Origin: a virus
DNA length: 64,000 nucleotides
IMG/VR virus record: IMGVR_UViG_3300009082_000016
Coordinates: 32,001-96,000 of that record
Strand: one strand, 5' to 3'
Below are positions 37,681 to 46,695 of this stretch, one piece after another; the first letter of the stretch is position 1, and each line of letters starts with the position of its first letter. The position numbers and the translations under genes were made by a program. The notes beneath the pieces are model-generated. The model was not told the origin of the DNA, made no database searches, and saw only the letters and a list, made by a program, of their open reading frames with translations.

Positions 37681-40071
37681 CTAGTCCTGCATCCCCATCA
37701 CGATCCGTTCGATCGCATTGAGCCGGAGCACGAAGTCCTGGGCCAGGGTCGTCGCCTCTTCCGCCGTGATGCCGGTGTCGGTGGTCCGACGCGTGTCCTG
37801 GGAAAGCCCCCCGAGGTCCGCCACCTGGAGCTGCTTGTAGAAAGCGCCCAGGCCCAGCCGGCGTACGGCCCGCAGAACCGTCACGGTCGCAGGCGACTGG
37901 AACGGGTGGTTGTTGAACGTGTCGATGAAGCCACGGAGCTTGGCCAACGACGACGCCAGGGCCTGGCCACGTGCGATCAGCAGGTTGATGGCGCTCCCGT
38001 CCCGGGTGCGGTTCGCCTGCTCGATCGCCCGCTCGTAGGCGTCGACGTCGAACGTCGGCAGAGCAAACGACTGCAACATCGTCTCCCAAGCCGCACGGAC
38101 GGCGTTGAAGAATCGGGGGCCCAGGACGGGCTTGTTCACGTTGACAGCACCAGCCAGGCGGAGATACCCGTCGTGGACTTCGGACACGTAGCGCGTGATG
38201 CCGGTCTGGTCGACGATGAAGTCGCCAGGCCGCAGGCGCGAGCGGAACCCGTCCTTCTCCGTCGAGTTGCAGGTCCACTCGAAAGCCTGGGCGTGGTCCG
38301 CCGATCCGCTGAAGCCGATCTCGGCCATGAGGGCATCGTTGCCGGAAGAGATCTTGAGGTAGCTGGCGGTCGTCTTGTTCAGCGACTCGAGCGTCTCGGA
38401 CTGCTGGATGATGGTGAAGTCGAGAGCCGAGCCTCCCTCGTAGTGCCCGTGGGTCGCTCCGAGATCGACGTAGCGGAGGCCGCCACTGATCCGCCAATCG
38501 GTGCTCTCGAACCGGTACCAGCGATTCCCGAGATGAAGCGCCCACCCAACATGGTCCACCTTGCAGACGAGCGGTGGGGAAACGCTGAACGACCCCGGCC
38601 CGGTCCCAACATCCTGATCGACCACGAGCCTGTCGGACCTGACCTCCACGACCGTGGTCACCGTCGACGGGGCAATGATGCACTCGTCGCCGACCGACAC
38701 CGTGCTCAACTCGCCGTTGTCTGGGATGACCTCAGTGCCGGAAAGAGTGCAGAGGCCGAACGTCTTGGCAAACGCCACGCAGCTGAGGGTCGGGACGCCG
38801 GCGTAGGCATACTTGCCGGAGGCGATGACGTCTTCGGTGCCAACAAAGCGGGCGCCGGGGGCCACCGGGTTGAGGTCGGCCGCCAGGTCGGCCGCCGAGC
38901 GATAGTTGGTCGACACGTACACGTCCTGCGGGAAACACTGCTTGAGCCCGTCGTCCGAATACGAATGGAAACGCAACCAGCCGGACGGCCCTTCGACGGG
39001 GTAGGAGCAGGTGAGGCGTACGAACGTCAACTGCGTCGGCGCAAGCTCCACCGAAGCGACGCAGTTGGGCGGGCTCGCCGCGTTGATGGCATCCCGCAGG
39101 TCAACCGCCCGGATGCGCGAGCCGGCGAAACTGTGGATGAGGGTGACGTCCACGGCCACCCCCGGCATCACGTTGGTCGCCAGCCCCACGAGGTACTTGC
39201 CGGGGGCGAGCCCGTAGAAGTAGTAGTAGCCGTCGCTGTACGCGGGCGCGAAGTCGACCACCAGGCCGGGCATCGCATCCCGCTGGGCCGCGCCACTCAG
39301 GGTCTCCGTCTGGTACGTGATCTTCCGGCAGGCCTGCGACACCCGGTACGGACCCGAGTACCGCCCCAACCGGGTCGCCGGGACGCAGACGCCCTGCGGG
39401 GTGCCCAGCGTGTTGGGCAGCTCGAGCGGCGGGACGATAGACCGCTGGCGCAGGCGCACGTAGACGAGCGACGCCAGGACCGCGTCGATCATCTCCCGGC
39501 GCTTGTTCGGGTCGTTCTGCCACGACGCGTCGAGCGCCCAGTCGGCCAGCTTGTTTCCGAAGTACGCCATATCGATCGGCGGGATGGCCTCGAGCGACGT
39601 GTAGAAGTTCCGGCAGCCGGTGTCCGCTGCCAACAGCGTGCGCCACGACGCCGCCAGGATGCGGGCCGACTCCAGACCGATGTCGTAGTTCTCCTGGGCC
39701 GTACCCGACACGAGCAGCTCGGTGGCCAGAGCCCGGGTGCTCTTCTCCGCGGCGTGAAGCACCTCGGGCATCGACGTGACCGTCATCCGGCGCACGAACG
39801 TGGAGAGCTTCGTCACCTCGATGGGGTCAATCGACGGCACCGGCGCCGTCCGCAGCAGATCCAGCCCGGGGCCCGCGGTCGTGATGGAGTCAATCGAGCG
39901 GATCATCTGGCCCGTCGCGAGACGACCCAGAACGAACACGCCGTCCCGCTCGGTGCGGAAGTCGGTCAGGAGCAGCGAGCGCAGCTCGGCCCAGTGGTTG
40001 TCGGGCGTGTTGAGCGTCGCTCGAAATGCGGCAACCAGACGCTCAGTCGTCGCTGGGGTCGTCACCTGCAT
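37681..40071 (-). CDS. Putative tail/baseplate structural protein (796 aa)
   Basis: SD GGAGG; position in the structural operon. Confidence 0.6.
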   Translation of the reverse strand: MQVTTPATTERLVAAFRATLNTPDNHWAELRSLLLTDFRTERDGVFVLGRLATGQMIRSIDSITTAGPGLDLLRTAPVPSIDPIEVTKLSTFVRRMTVTSMPEVLHAAEKSTRALATELLVSGTAQENYDIGLESARILAASWRTLLAADTGCRNFYTSLEAIPPIDMAYFGNKLADWALDASWQNDPNKRREMIDAVLASLVYVRLRQRSIVPPLELPNTLGTPQGVCVPATRLGRYSGPYRVSQACRKITYQTETLSGAAQRDAMPGLVVDFAPAYSDGYYYFYGLAPGKYLVGLATNVMPGVAVDVTLIHSFAGSRIRAVDLRDAINAASPPNCVASVELAPTQLTFVRLTCSYPVEGPSGWLRFHSYSDDGLKQCFPQDVYVSTNYRSAADLAADLNPVAPGARFVGTEDVIASGKYAYAGVPTLSCVAFAKTFGLCTLSGTEVIPDNGELSTVSVGDECIIAPSTVTTVVEVRSDRLVVDQDVGTGPGSFSVSPPLVCKVDHVGWALHLGNRWYRFESTDWRISGGLRYVDLGATHGHYEGGSALDFTIIQQSETLESLNKTTASYLKISSGNDALMAEIGFSGSADHAQAFEWTCNSTEKDGFRSRLRPGDFIVDQTGITRYVSEVHDGYLRLAGAVNVNKPVLGPRFFNAVRAAWETMLQSFALPTFDVDAYERAIEQANRTRDGSAINLLIARGQALASSLAKLRGFIDTFNNHPFQSPATVTVLRAVRRLGLGAFYKQLQVADLGGLSQDTRRTTDTGITAEEATTLAQDFVLRLNAIERIVMGMQD

Positions 40072-40444
40072 CCAGGACCGTTACCTCCGCCTGCTCGCAG
40101 GCCTTGATCCGCTGCAGCAGATCGTCCTTGCGGAGCTTGCGAATCTTAGCACGCATCTCCTCCGGGGAGGGAAGGTCCAGGATGTCGCAGAGGTCGGCGA
40201 AGCTCAGCAGCGTTCCACGCCAGATCTCGGCCGCCTCGCCGACGTCGAAGATCCAGCAATGTGCCAGCTCCGCCTGCTCCCGCAGCTGGCGGTCTTTCGA
40301 ATCGTGGTACAGGACGTAGTCGCGGATCTTGCGGTACATGAAGGCGGCGTAGGGGCGGTACGGCTCACGGCTCGAAACACTACCCCCCGCAGGTTGAAGC
40401 TCGTCAGGGAGCAACGACCACCGGGAATGTCCAACTGCTGACAC
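40043..40444 (-). CDS. Small phage protein (start uncertain, possibly 40339)
   Basis: A..WIF...SF.DLC..L motif. Confidence 0.55.
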   Translation of the reverse strand: MSAVGHSRWSLLPDELQPAGGSVSSREPYRPYAAFMYRKIRDYVLYHDSKDRQLREQAELAHCWIFDVGEAAEIWRGTLLSFADLCDILDLPSPEEMRAKIRKLRKDDLLQRIKACEQAEVTVLDAGDDPSDD

Positions 40445-41303
40445 GGTCCGGCACCACCCTGAACGCCTTGTCCGTTCTCGTCACCACCACGTTCGCCGTC
40501 CCCGGCGTATTGCCGGTGAGGACCACCACCGAACCCGATCGCGACAGCGTGAGAATCGCCAGGTCGTCCGACTTGTAGTCGACGTAGATCCCGCCATCGG
40601 ACCAGTCGTTCCAGTCGCTCCCGATGACGTGCGGGGTCAGATTGAAGGGCACACCGACGTGGACGAGATACGGACCCGCCGGGTCGAACGTCACGTCCAC
40701 CGGAATCGGGTACACGAGGTCACCGAACAGCAGGCCCGCCCGCTCCGGGATCTTCACCCGCCGGCGCAGCTCCGCCCGGTCGGCCACCACGACCTCGTAC
40801 GTCCCGCCGCACATCGCGTCGAACAGGACCTTCCCATCGTCGTCCGACTGCGTTTCGATGATGCTCGCCACCAGCCCAGCGTAGTACACCCGCGGAGAGC
40901 CGTGGTATGGCACCAGCCGGATCATCGCGTTCGGGAGCGGCTTGCCGTCCTGCCCGTACAGGAAGCCCGACACCCGGCAGATCCCGGGCAGCGTGGAGTT
41001 CGCCACCTCGAAGATGTTCACGTCCATCAGGAAGTCGTTGTTGTCGGGAGCAGGCAGAGCGGGCTCGAAGACGGTGATCGAGAACGGGCTGGCGAACGAG
41101 CAGCCCGGCTTGTACGCCCTCACGTAGTAGACCACGCCGGCCGGCGACGCCGCGCCCGGCAGCAGCACGCTCACCTTCCCGAGAGCATCGGTGACGGCCT
41201 GCGTGATGAAGGTGTTGAGCGTATCGTAGAAGCGGACGGTGGCACCGACGACCGGGTCGTGCGCGATGGTCGTGTCCTTCAACGTGACGGAGACCAACTC
41301 CAT
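40404..41303 (-). CDS. Carboxypeptidase-regulatory-like/Ig-like structural protein
   Basis: PVVGATVRF..TDALG, GKPLPNAMIRL, C-terminal Ig-like PGTANVVV. Confidence 0.7.
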   Translation of the reverse strand: MELVSVTLKDTTIAHDPVVGATVRFYDTLNTFITQAVTDALGKVSVLLPGAASPAGVVYYVRAYKPGCSFASPFSITVFEPALPAPDNNDFLMDVNIFEVANSTLPGICRVSGFLYGQDGKPLPNAMIRLVPYHGSPRVYYAGLVASIIETQSDDDGKVLFDAMCGGTYEVVVADRAELRRRVKIPERAGLLFGDLVYPIPVDVTFDPAGPYLVHVGVPFNLTPHVIGSDWNDWSDGGIYVDYKSDDLAILTLSRSGSVVVLTGNTPGTANVVVTRTDKAFRVVPDRVSSWTFPVVVAP

Positions 41304-41309
41304 GTCGGG

Positions 41310-41339
41310 ATTCTGCACCGAAGATCCTGCAGAGCGCAA
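41310..41339 (-). promoter_or_regulatory. Promoter TTGCGC-18-CAGAAT, leaderless start at 41303
   Basis: -10 lies 6 nt before the ATG; no SD. Confidence 0.5.
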
Positions 41340-41347
41340 GACCCACC

Positions 41348-41856
41348 AAAAAAAGAAGGCGGGTCGTGGTCGCCTCCCCGGGATTTCTCTCCCGAGGAGG
41401 CGACCGAGAACCTACCGACGCGCCTTCTGGGAGGCTGCAACGCCTTTCCCGTACGCGTTCGACGGTCTCTCCGCGGGGGCTGGGCGACCCTGCCGCGGCA
41501 TCCGGCACCGACCCGGTGCCGAGTCCATGCCCTCAGGGATTTCCGTTCTCTCCTTGGGCCAAGCGGAGGACTGCCGCTACCCTCTGGCTGTCCCTGACCA
41601 GAGGTCTCATCCATACAGCACGAACCGGCGTGCGGGACCCCGGGTGGGAGGGTCCCGCACGCCGAATCGAAATCCACTCCCCCGGGAGGAAGGAAGGGAC
41701 CTCCCGGGGGAGCCGCTGCGAACAACGTCGGCTACGCTCCGACGGTGTTCTGACGAACGGGAGCCGGAAGACGGGGGCGGTTCGGGATAACCCTTGCCGT
41801 GCTCCCCCGTCGTTCCGGACTCCCTAGCCGAGCATGTGGTACCACACACCCGGCAC
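41348..41856 (-). ncRNA. Unclassified structured RNA(s) downstream of tmRNA, ending in a hairpin plus U-run
   Basis: About 10 consecutive hairpins, a 7-bp loop pseudoknot, terminal AGAAGGCG/CGCCTTCT-TTTTTT. Confidence 0.6.
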
Positions 41857-42253
<397 letters not shown>

Positions 42254-42267
42254 ACGAGCTACGGCTG

Positions 42268-42297
42268 ACCGTAGCATGGAGCTGCGCCGGGTGTCGA
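42268..42297 (-). promoter_or_regulatory. tmRNA promoter TCGACA-18-TACGGT (extended TGn)
   Basis: Closely resembles the promoter at 14168. Confidence 0.55.
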
Positions 42298-42329
42298 ACC
42301 CGGGTACCCGCGGACGCGGGCACGCACCT
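42277..42329 (-). other. Minimal tRNA-like element (acceptor, one hairpin, T-arm, CCA)
   Basis: CCGGG-TTCGACA-CCCGG, GTGCG/CGCAG, terminal CCA; overlaps the tmRNA promoter. Confidence 0.35.
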
Positions 42330-42480
42330 ACCGCAGCGACTTGACGTGGTCGAGGGGGAGACGCGTCCTCATGAAGGGGCCGATCCGGACGACCACGAAG
42401 TCCGGACCGACTTCCTCCACGGTGCCCACCCGACCAGTGAGCACGCCCCCCACGACACGGACGAGTGCGCCAATCGTCAT
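42328..42480 (-). CDS. Stand-alone KOW (NusG C-terminal-like) protein, 50 aa
   Basis: IGALVRVVGGVLTGRVGTVEEV. Confidence 0.75.
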   Translation of the reverse strand: MTIGALVRVVGGVLTGRVGTVEEVGPDFVVVRIGPFMRTRLPLDHVKSLR

Positions 42481-42902
42481 GGCGGCAGCTCCGTCTCGCG
42501 CAGCGCCTGCGCCAGGATGCTCTTGAGCTGACGGAGCCGCTCGCCCAATCGCGGTGCGTGGGCGACCAACCACGCCCGGCAGCCGTCGGGCACCTTCTTT
42601 CGGCGCATCGCCTTCGCCAAGGCGACGTCGATGTCGACCTGGTGCCGCACGTCCACCAGCCCGAGCTGAATGTCGATCAGATCCGACGTCAGCCCGTCGG
42701 GCGCCAGGACCTTCGTCCTGACTTCCGTCCAGGCCACGCGGGCCCGGAGGTTGAGAACCGCCTGGGCAGCATCCTGCCGGCGCCTGTGCGCCGCCTCGAA
42801 AACCTCGAGGTCGGAGATGAAGGCGATCGCCATCGCCCTCTCCTCCTGTTCGACCACCCCCTGGAGACGGGTGATCTCCTCCCGCGCCTCTCGCAGCTTC
42901 AC
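42477..42902 (-). CDS. Helical hypothetical protein
   Basis: SD GGAGG; GTGA and ATGA overlaps. Confidence 0.7.
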   Translation of the reverse strand: MKLREAREEITRLQGVVEQEERAMAIAFISDLEVFEAAHRRRQDAAQAVLNLRARVAWTEVRTKVLAPDGLTSDLIDIQLGLVDVRHQVDIDVALAKAMRRKKVPDGCRAWLVAHAPRLGERLRQLKSILAQALRETELPP

Positions 42903-43258
42903 GGTGCCCTCCAGTCCTGGGACCACTCCCCGTCGGGGTGGTCCCACCCGTCGCAGCGGGCTGCGACGAGGTTGCGCGGCAGCAGCTGCCCACCGCCGCG
43001 CCTGATGTCCTCGGCCATGACCTCGAACAGGTCGTGGCCGAGAACGACGAACCCGTCGACGCCGGAGGCATCGGTGCCGACGGGTTCAATGTCGGGCGGG
43101 AGGCCAACGACCTCGAGCCGCGGCTCTTGGTCACCGGCCTCCTTCGCGGCGAGCGCGGCGGCAACAGCCGCCATCTCGCCCGCCGCGAAGCCCGCCCGAC
43201 CGGCCCTCCGGCCGTGGATCCGGACCTCAGGGTCCGGCCACGGCACCTTACCTCGCAT
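42899..43258 (-). CDS. Hypothetical protein
   Basis: SD AAAGGAGG. Confidence 0.65.
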   Translation of the reverse strand: MRGKVPWPDPEVRIHGRRAGRAGFAAGEMAAVAAALAAKEAGDQEPRLEVVGLPPDIEPVGTDASGVDGFVVLGHDLFEVMAEDIRRGGGQLLPRNLVAARCDGWDHPDGEWSQDWRAP

Positions 43259-43294
43259 CTTCCCTCCTTTCGCGGTGAGGGTTGCGTAGCCCAC

Positions 43295-43439
43295 CGCCTC
43301 GGGTTCCCGACCTATCCCGTTTTCCAGCAGACCATCAGATCCAGGCGCTCCGATGGTGGCTGGGGTACCTAAGAGTCACCCTTGCTGAGGGTGCTACCAA
43401 CCCTGGCCCCAGGTTGGCTTCAGTCGGGAATCCGAGGCG
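43295..43439. ncRNA. Four-way-junction structured RNA
   Basis: 17-bp closing stem (43295-43311 with 43423-43439) enclosing three hairpins. Confidence 0.55.
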
Positions 43440-43460
43440 AGGGGCTCTCGCCTGTGGGGA
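43436..43460 (-). repeat. 25-nt hairpin repeat, copy 2
   Basis: TCCCCACAGGCGAGAGCCCCTCGCC. Confidence 0.85.
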
Positions 43461-43463
43461 TTG

Positions 43464-43703
43464 CTAGAGGCGGGAGGGCCGCAGCACGAACGTGCGGCCC
43501 TGGAACAGAACCTCGAAACCGGCCCGGGGGGCCGGGTGGATCTCGTCGGCCTCGGACGCCGACAGACCCACCGCCTCCAGAGCGGTCTCGAGGTCGCGGG
43601 CACGGACCGTCACTCCCCCGGCGGGGCCCGTCACCCGCCAGGGTCCCCACGTCGAGCCAGCATCCAGCCGGCCCTCCGTGGATCGAATCCTCAGTCCCTC
43701 CAT
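43464..43703 (-). CDS. Hypothetical protein
   Basis: SD GGAGGT. Confidence 0.6.
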   Translation of the reverse strand: MEGLRIRSTEGRLDAGSTWGPWRVTGPAGGVTVRARDLETALEAVGLSASEADEIHPAPRAGFEVLFQGRTFVLRPSRL

Positions 43704-43782
43704 GGGACCTCCCCTCCTGCCGCCTGTTGGTGAACCCGCACGGTGGTCAGGCGCAGGGAAACGCGCCGTGCGGGGGGGGCTA

Positions 43783-44079
43783 CTAGTCGATCACCCGCAC
43801 ATAGCGGGTATTCCGGCTGCACTCCTGCAGCCAGATCTGGTAGCCCTCGTCGTCGTCCTGGTCCGGAGACCAGGACGGAACCGAAACGAGCCCGAAGACC
43901 GTCTCTCGACGGCCATCGGGCCGGACCCGGGTCGACTCGACATCGACCCGGGTCCAAGGGAACGACGGGGGCCATCCCCGCTCGTTCCCTCGAACGACCT
44001 CGATCTCCTCCAGGACCGTGCCGGTCCTGGAGAAGACCCTCTTCGCCCAACTCTTGTTGGGCTCGAACTGGTGTGCCAC
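43783..44079 (-). CDS. Hypothetical protein
   Basis: SD AAGGAGGT with GTG start. Confidence 0.65.
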   Translation of the reverse strand: MAHQFEPNKSWAKRVFSRTGTVLEEIEVVRGNERGWPPSFPWTRVDVESTRVRPDGRRETVFGLVSVPSWSPDQDDDEGYQIWLQECSRNTRYVRVID

Positions 44080-44188
44080 CGCGCACCTCCTTCCCCAGGC
44101 CACCACCCCGGGGGAACGTGAACTCGCGCCTGCTGGTGTTGCAGGCTTTGGTCCCCCCTCCCAGCGCAAGCCAGGAGGGGGCGGGCCG

Positions 44189-44494
44189 TCAGAGGGAGCG
44201 GGCGATTTCTCGCCACTCCCTCGCAGCCTCGAAGAACCGGAGGGACGCCTCGTCGGGCGTCTCCCCGGTTCCCCAAAAGAACCCGCTCCAGAGGGCGGGG
44301 TCGAGGGCCGCCGCCGAGGCCCTCGTGTACCACTGTTCCGCCTCAAGCGCCTGGGCGGCGGAACAGTGCCACGCCGCCAGCGCCTCGGCGGCGCTCTCGG
44401 CCGCCTCGACCGCGTGGTCGATGCAGCGCGACATCCACTCGCCGGGGCTCACCCCGGCGAGCAGCAACCACGCACCGTTAGGAAGGCCGTCCAT
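44189..44494 (-). CDS. Hypothetical protein
   Basis: SD AAAGGAGGT. Confidence 0.65.
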   Translation of the reverse strand: MDGLPNGAWLLLAGVSPGEWMSRCIDHAVEAAESAAEALAAWHCSAAQALEAEQWYTRASAAALDPALWSGFFWGTGETPDEASLRFFEAAREWREIARSL

Positions 44495-44509
44495 GACGAC
44501 CTCCTTTCT

Positions 44510-44765
44510 TGGCCCTTGCCATCGGGCCTCGAGCGAAAACTCCCCGTTGGCGGCGGGGAGGTTTGGAGGCTGCTAAGTCACCGGGGACGTCAACCCCGAC
44601 GACCGCGACCTCCCTACTCCGGATTTTGCTGGTTCTCAGCCAGGTGCCAGAGGGTTCACCTGCCTCGGGATTGACGCACCCGAGGGACGCGGCCTGACAT
44701 GAAGGGGGCGGGGCGCACGCCCTTTCTGCACCCCTTTGGGGGGGCTCCATGTCGACCCTTGCGGC
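44510..44765 (-). ncRNA. Highly structured leader RNA with a kissing loop
   Basis: Two multibranch domains plus hairpins; loops CGTCAA and TTGACG are complementary. Confidence 0.55.
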
Positions 44766-44766
44766 T

Positions 44767-44791
44767 GGCGAGGGTCTCTCGCCTGTGGGGA
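44767..44791 (-). repeat. 25-nt hairpin repeat, copy 1
   Basis: TCCCCACAGGCGAGAGACCCTCGCC; one loop mismatch to copy 2. Confidence 0.85.
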
Positions 44792-44792
44792 G

Positions 44793-44870
44793 GTAGAAAA
44801 GAAGGCCGAGAAACAACCGGCCTTCTTTTCTACATCTACCTTATAGCAGAGCAGATCTTGCTTTTTTCAC
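44793..44870 (-). promoter_or_regulatory. AT-rich putative early promoter (AAAAAAG-N15-TATAAG) followed by a perfect 16-bp hairpin
   Basis: Shares architecture with 58278-58351. Confidence 0.45.
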
Positions 44871-44924
44871 GTCTGCGCGGTGGAATGGGGGCGCTTCCGA
44901 CGGAGCTCGGAGAAGGAGGAAACG

Positions 44925-45452
44925 ATGAAGAAGTGGTTGCTCGGGATCGTGGCCCTCGGGTTGCTGACCGGCTGCCCGAGGCCGTACGTCGCCGCCCAGC
45001 GGACCATCCTCAACGCCGTGGATGCGCTGCACATCGCCGACGAGGCGATCGTGGCCGCGTACCCCTCGGTGGAGGGGACGGACGAAGAGCGGGTGGCGTG
45101 GCTGACGAAGGCGGTCTGCGCCCTCCGCATCAGCCGGGACACGCTCCAGATTGGCTGGGACGTGACGTTCTACTGGGCGGAGGACGACAAGGTCTGCACC
45201 AAGGACGGGGAGGTGGTTCCACCGGAAACGGAAGGTGCCGTCTGCGTCGCCGGCGATCGATCGTGGCAGGACTGGGTGATGATCTCGGTGCCCGTCGTCC
45301 TCCACGCTGTCCAGTTGCTCAAGGACTTCGGGGTGAACATCCCGGACACCATCCTCACCATTCTGCAGGGGCTGGCGTCCGCCGGAGAGTTCGAGGCAGA
45401 ACCGTTCGACGAGGACTTCAACGCCTGCGTCGAGGCACTGGGAGAGGGGTGA
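44925..45452 (+). CDS. Lipoprotein
   Basis: MKKWLLGIVALGLLTG-C lipobox; SD AAGGAGG. Confidence 0.85.
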   Translation: MKKWLLGIVALGLLTGCPRPYVAAQRTILNAVDALHIADEAIVAAYPSVEGTDEERVAWLTKAVCALRISRDTLQIGWDVTFYWAEDDKVCTKDGEVVPPETEGAVCVAGDRSWQDWVMISVPVVLHAVQLLKDFGVNIPDTILTILQGLASAGEFEAEPFDEDFNACVEALGEG

Positions 45453-45455
45453 GCC

Positions 45456-45641
45456 ATGAAGGTCGCCGAACTGATCATCGGCTTGGTGCCGACCGTCCTG
45501 AAGGACATCCTGGAGTGGATCAACGGCCGTGACTCGGTCTACGACTACACCGAGTTCGCCAAGCGCGTCGGCGGGAAGTTCAAGTCCGAGATCCTGCTCG
45601 AGCGCGAGAAGAACCGCGTCAAGAACAAGCCGAACGGCTGA
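45456..45641 (+). CDS. Small amphipathic protein
   Basis: SD GAGGGG; follows the lipoprotein. Confidence 0.7.
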   Translation: MKVAELIIGLVPTVLKDILEWINGRDSVYDYTEFAKRVGGKFKSEILLEREKNRVKNKPNG

Positions 45642-45678
45642 CCCCCCTATTTGCGTTGGAAGACGACGTCCAAACCCG

Positions 45679-45709
45679 CCTGCTACGCTACGCCTCGTAG
45701 CGTAGCAGG
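45679..45709. terminator. Perfect 14-bp inverted repeat between convergent genes
   Basis: CCTGCTACGCTACG-CCT-CGTAGCGTAGCAGG; no U-run. Confidence 0.45.
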
Positions 45710-45751
45710 GGCCTCCAGGAAGTCCGGTCGCAGTTACTCGGTAGATGAACG

Positions 45752-45967
45752 TCAGGGGATGCAGCAGGTCAGCCGCTGGGCGACCGGGCACCGCTGGTCC
45801 AAGAACACGGGCTCACCCCACACGAGGTAGTACGGCCGGCCACTCGCGTCGGCCTTCCGGATGCCCTCGAGCTTCTCGGTGATCATGCTGGCGATGGTCT
45901 CCCCCACACGCACCGTGCCGAGGTTGGCTTCCGGTTTCCTGAGCAGATCGCTGTTCATCGGTGCCAC
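45752..45967 (-). CDS. Hypothetical protein
   Basis: SD AAGGAG. Confidence 0.5.
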   Translation of the reverse strand: MAPMNSDLLRKPEANLGTVRVGETIASMITEKLEGIRKADASGRPYYLVWGEPVFLDQRCPVAQRLTCCIP

Positions 45968-46047
45968 CAGTCTCCTTCGCCAAGTCGGCGAAGTGCCCTT
46001 CTACCAGTTCGCTCGGCAGACGGCAACACCACCACGGGCCTCGAACG

Positions 46048-46695
46048 TCACGCCGCCCTCCCGTACCGCTCGTCCAACCAGACCGCCGCCTCCTTCGAAG
46101 ACGGTTCGATGAGCGTATCGGTCCGGACGACCGGAAGGCTGTGCCGCAGCTCCTTCTCGGTGACCTCGCAGTCGAGCAGCGAGCAACCGTAGTTGAGCAG
46201 CTTCGTCGACAGGGCGTAGGGGTCGAGCAGGCGCCCCTGGTAGCGCCACTCCATCTCCAGGTCAGAGCGGTAGGCGCCGGACTCGTAGTGCGCCCGCTCC
46301 GCGGGGTTGGTGAGGTAGTCCCAGGAGAAGCTGAGCTCGCCGGTCTTGTCCGCCTGGATGAGGTGATCGATCTCGTGGACGCAGATTCGCATCTGGCCCC
46401 AAAGGCTGTAGTCCTCGTGCGGCTCGCCCGGCGTGAACGGAGCATAGATTCCACGGAACGGCATGAGCGGGACGGTCGTCGTGTAGTGCTGCAGGAACTC
46501 CTCCCGGGAGAGGATGCCCATCGCATTGAGCACGTCGGCGACGAACTTCATCTCCTTGGAGTTGTGCTTGTCGATCAGGCGCACGGTGTGCCGGGAGCAC
46601 ATGTAGTCCCAGAACTCGCGCACGTCCTCGGGCGTGGGGTTGACCGGGTAGATCAGCCGGCGGGCCATCGGATAGCGAATGAGCAGCTTCTTCAC
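46048..46695 (-). CDS. Zincin-like HExxH protein
   Basis: CVHEIDH...RAHYESGAY. Confidence 0.7.
   Translation of the reverse strand: MKKLLIRYPMARRLIYPVNPTPEDVREFWDYMCSRHTVRLIDKHNSKEMKFVADVLNAMGILSREEFLQHYTTTVPLMPFRGIYAPFTPGEPHEDYSLWGQMRICVHEIDHLIQADKTGELSFSWDYLTNPAERAHYESGAYRSDLEMEWRYQGRLLDPYALSTKLLNYGCSLLDCEVTEKELRHSLPVVRTDTLIEPSSKEAAVWLDERYGRAA

Noticed and set aside
41530-41610. Pistol, twister or HDV-like ribozyme
   Set aside because: A hairpin-loop pseudoknot is present, but I could not place the conserved catalytic core nucleotides.
41759-41824. Rod hairpin as SRP, 6S or RNase P RNA
   Set aside because: It lacks the SRP domain IV motif and the RNase P GAGGAAAGUCC signature, and it is too short for 6S.
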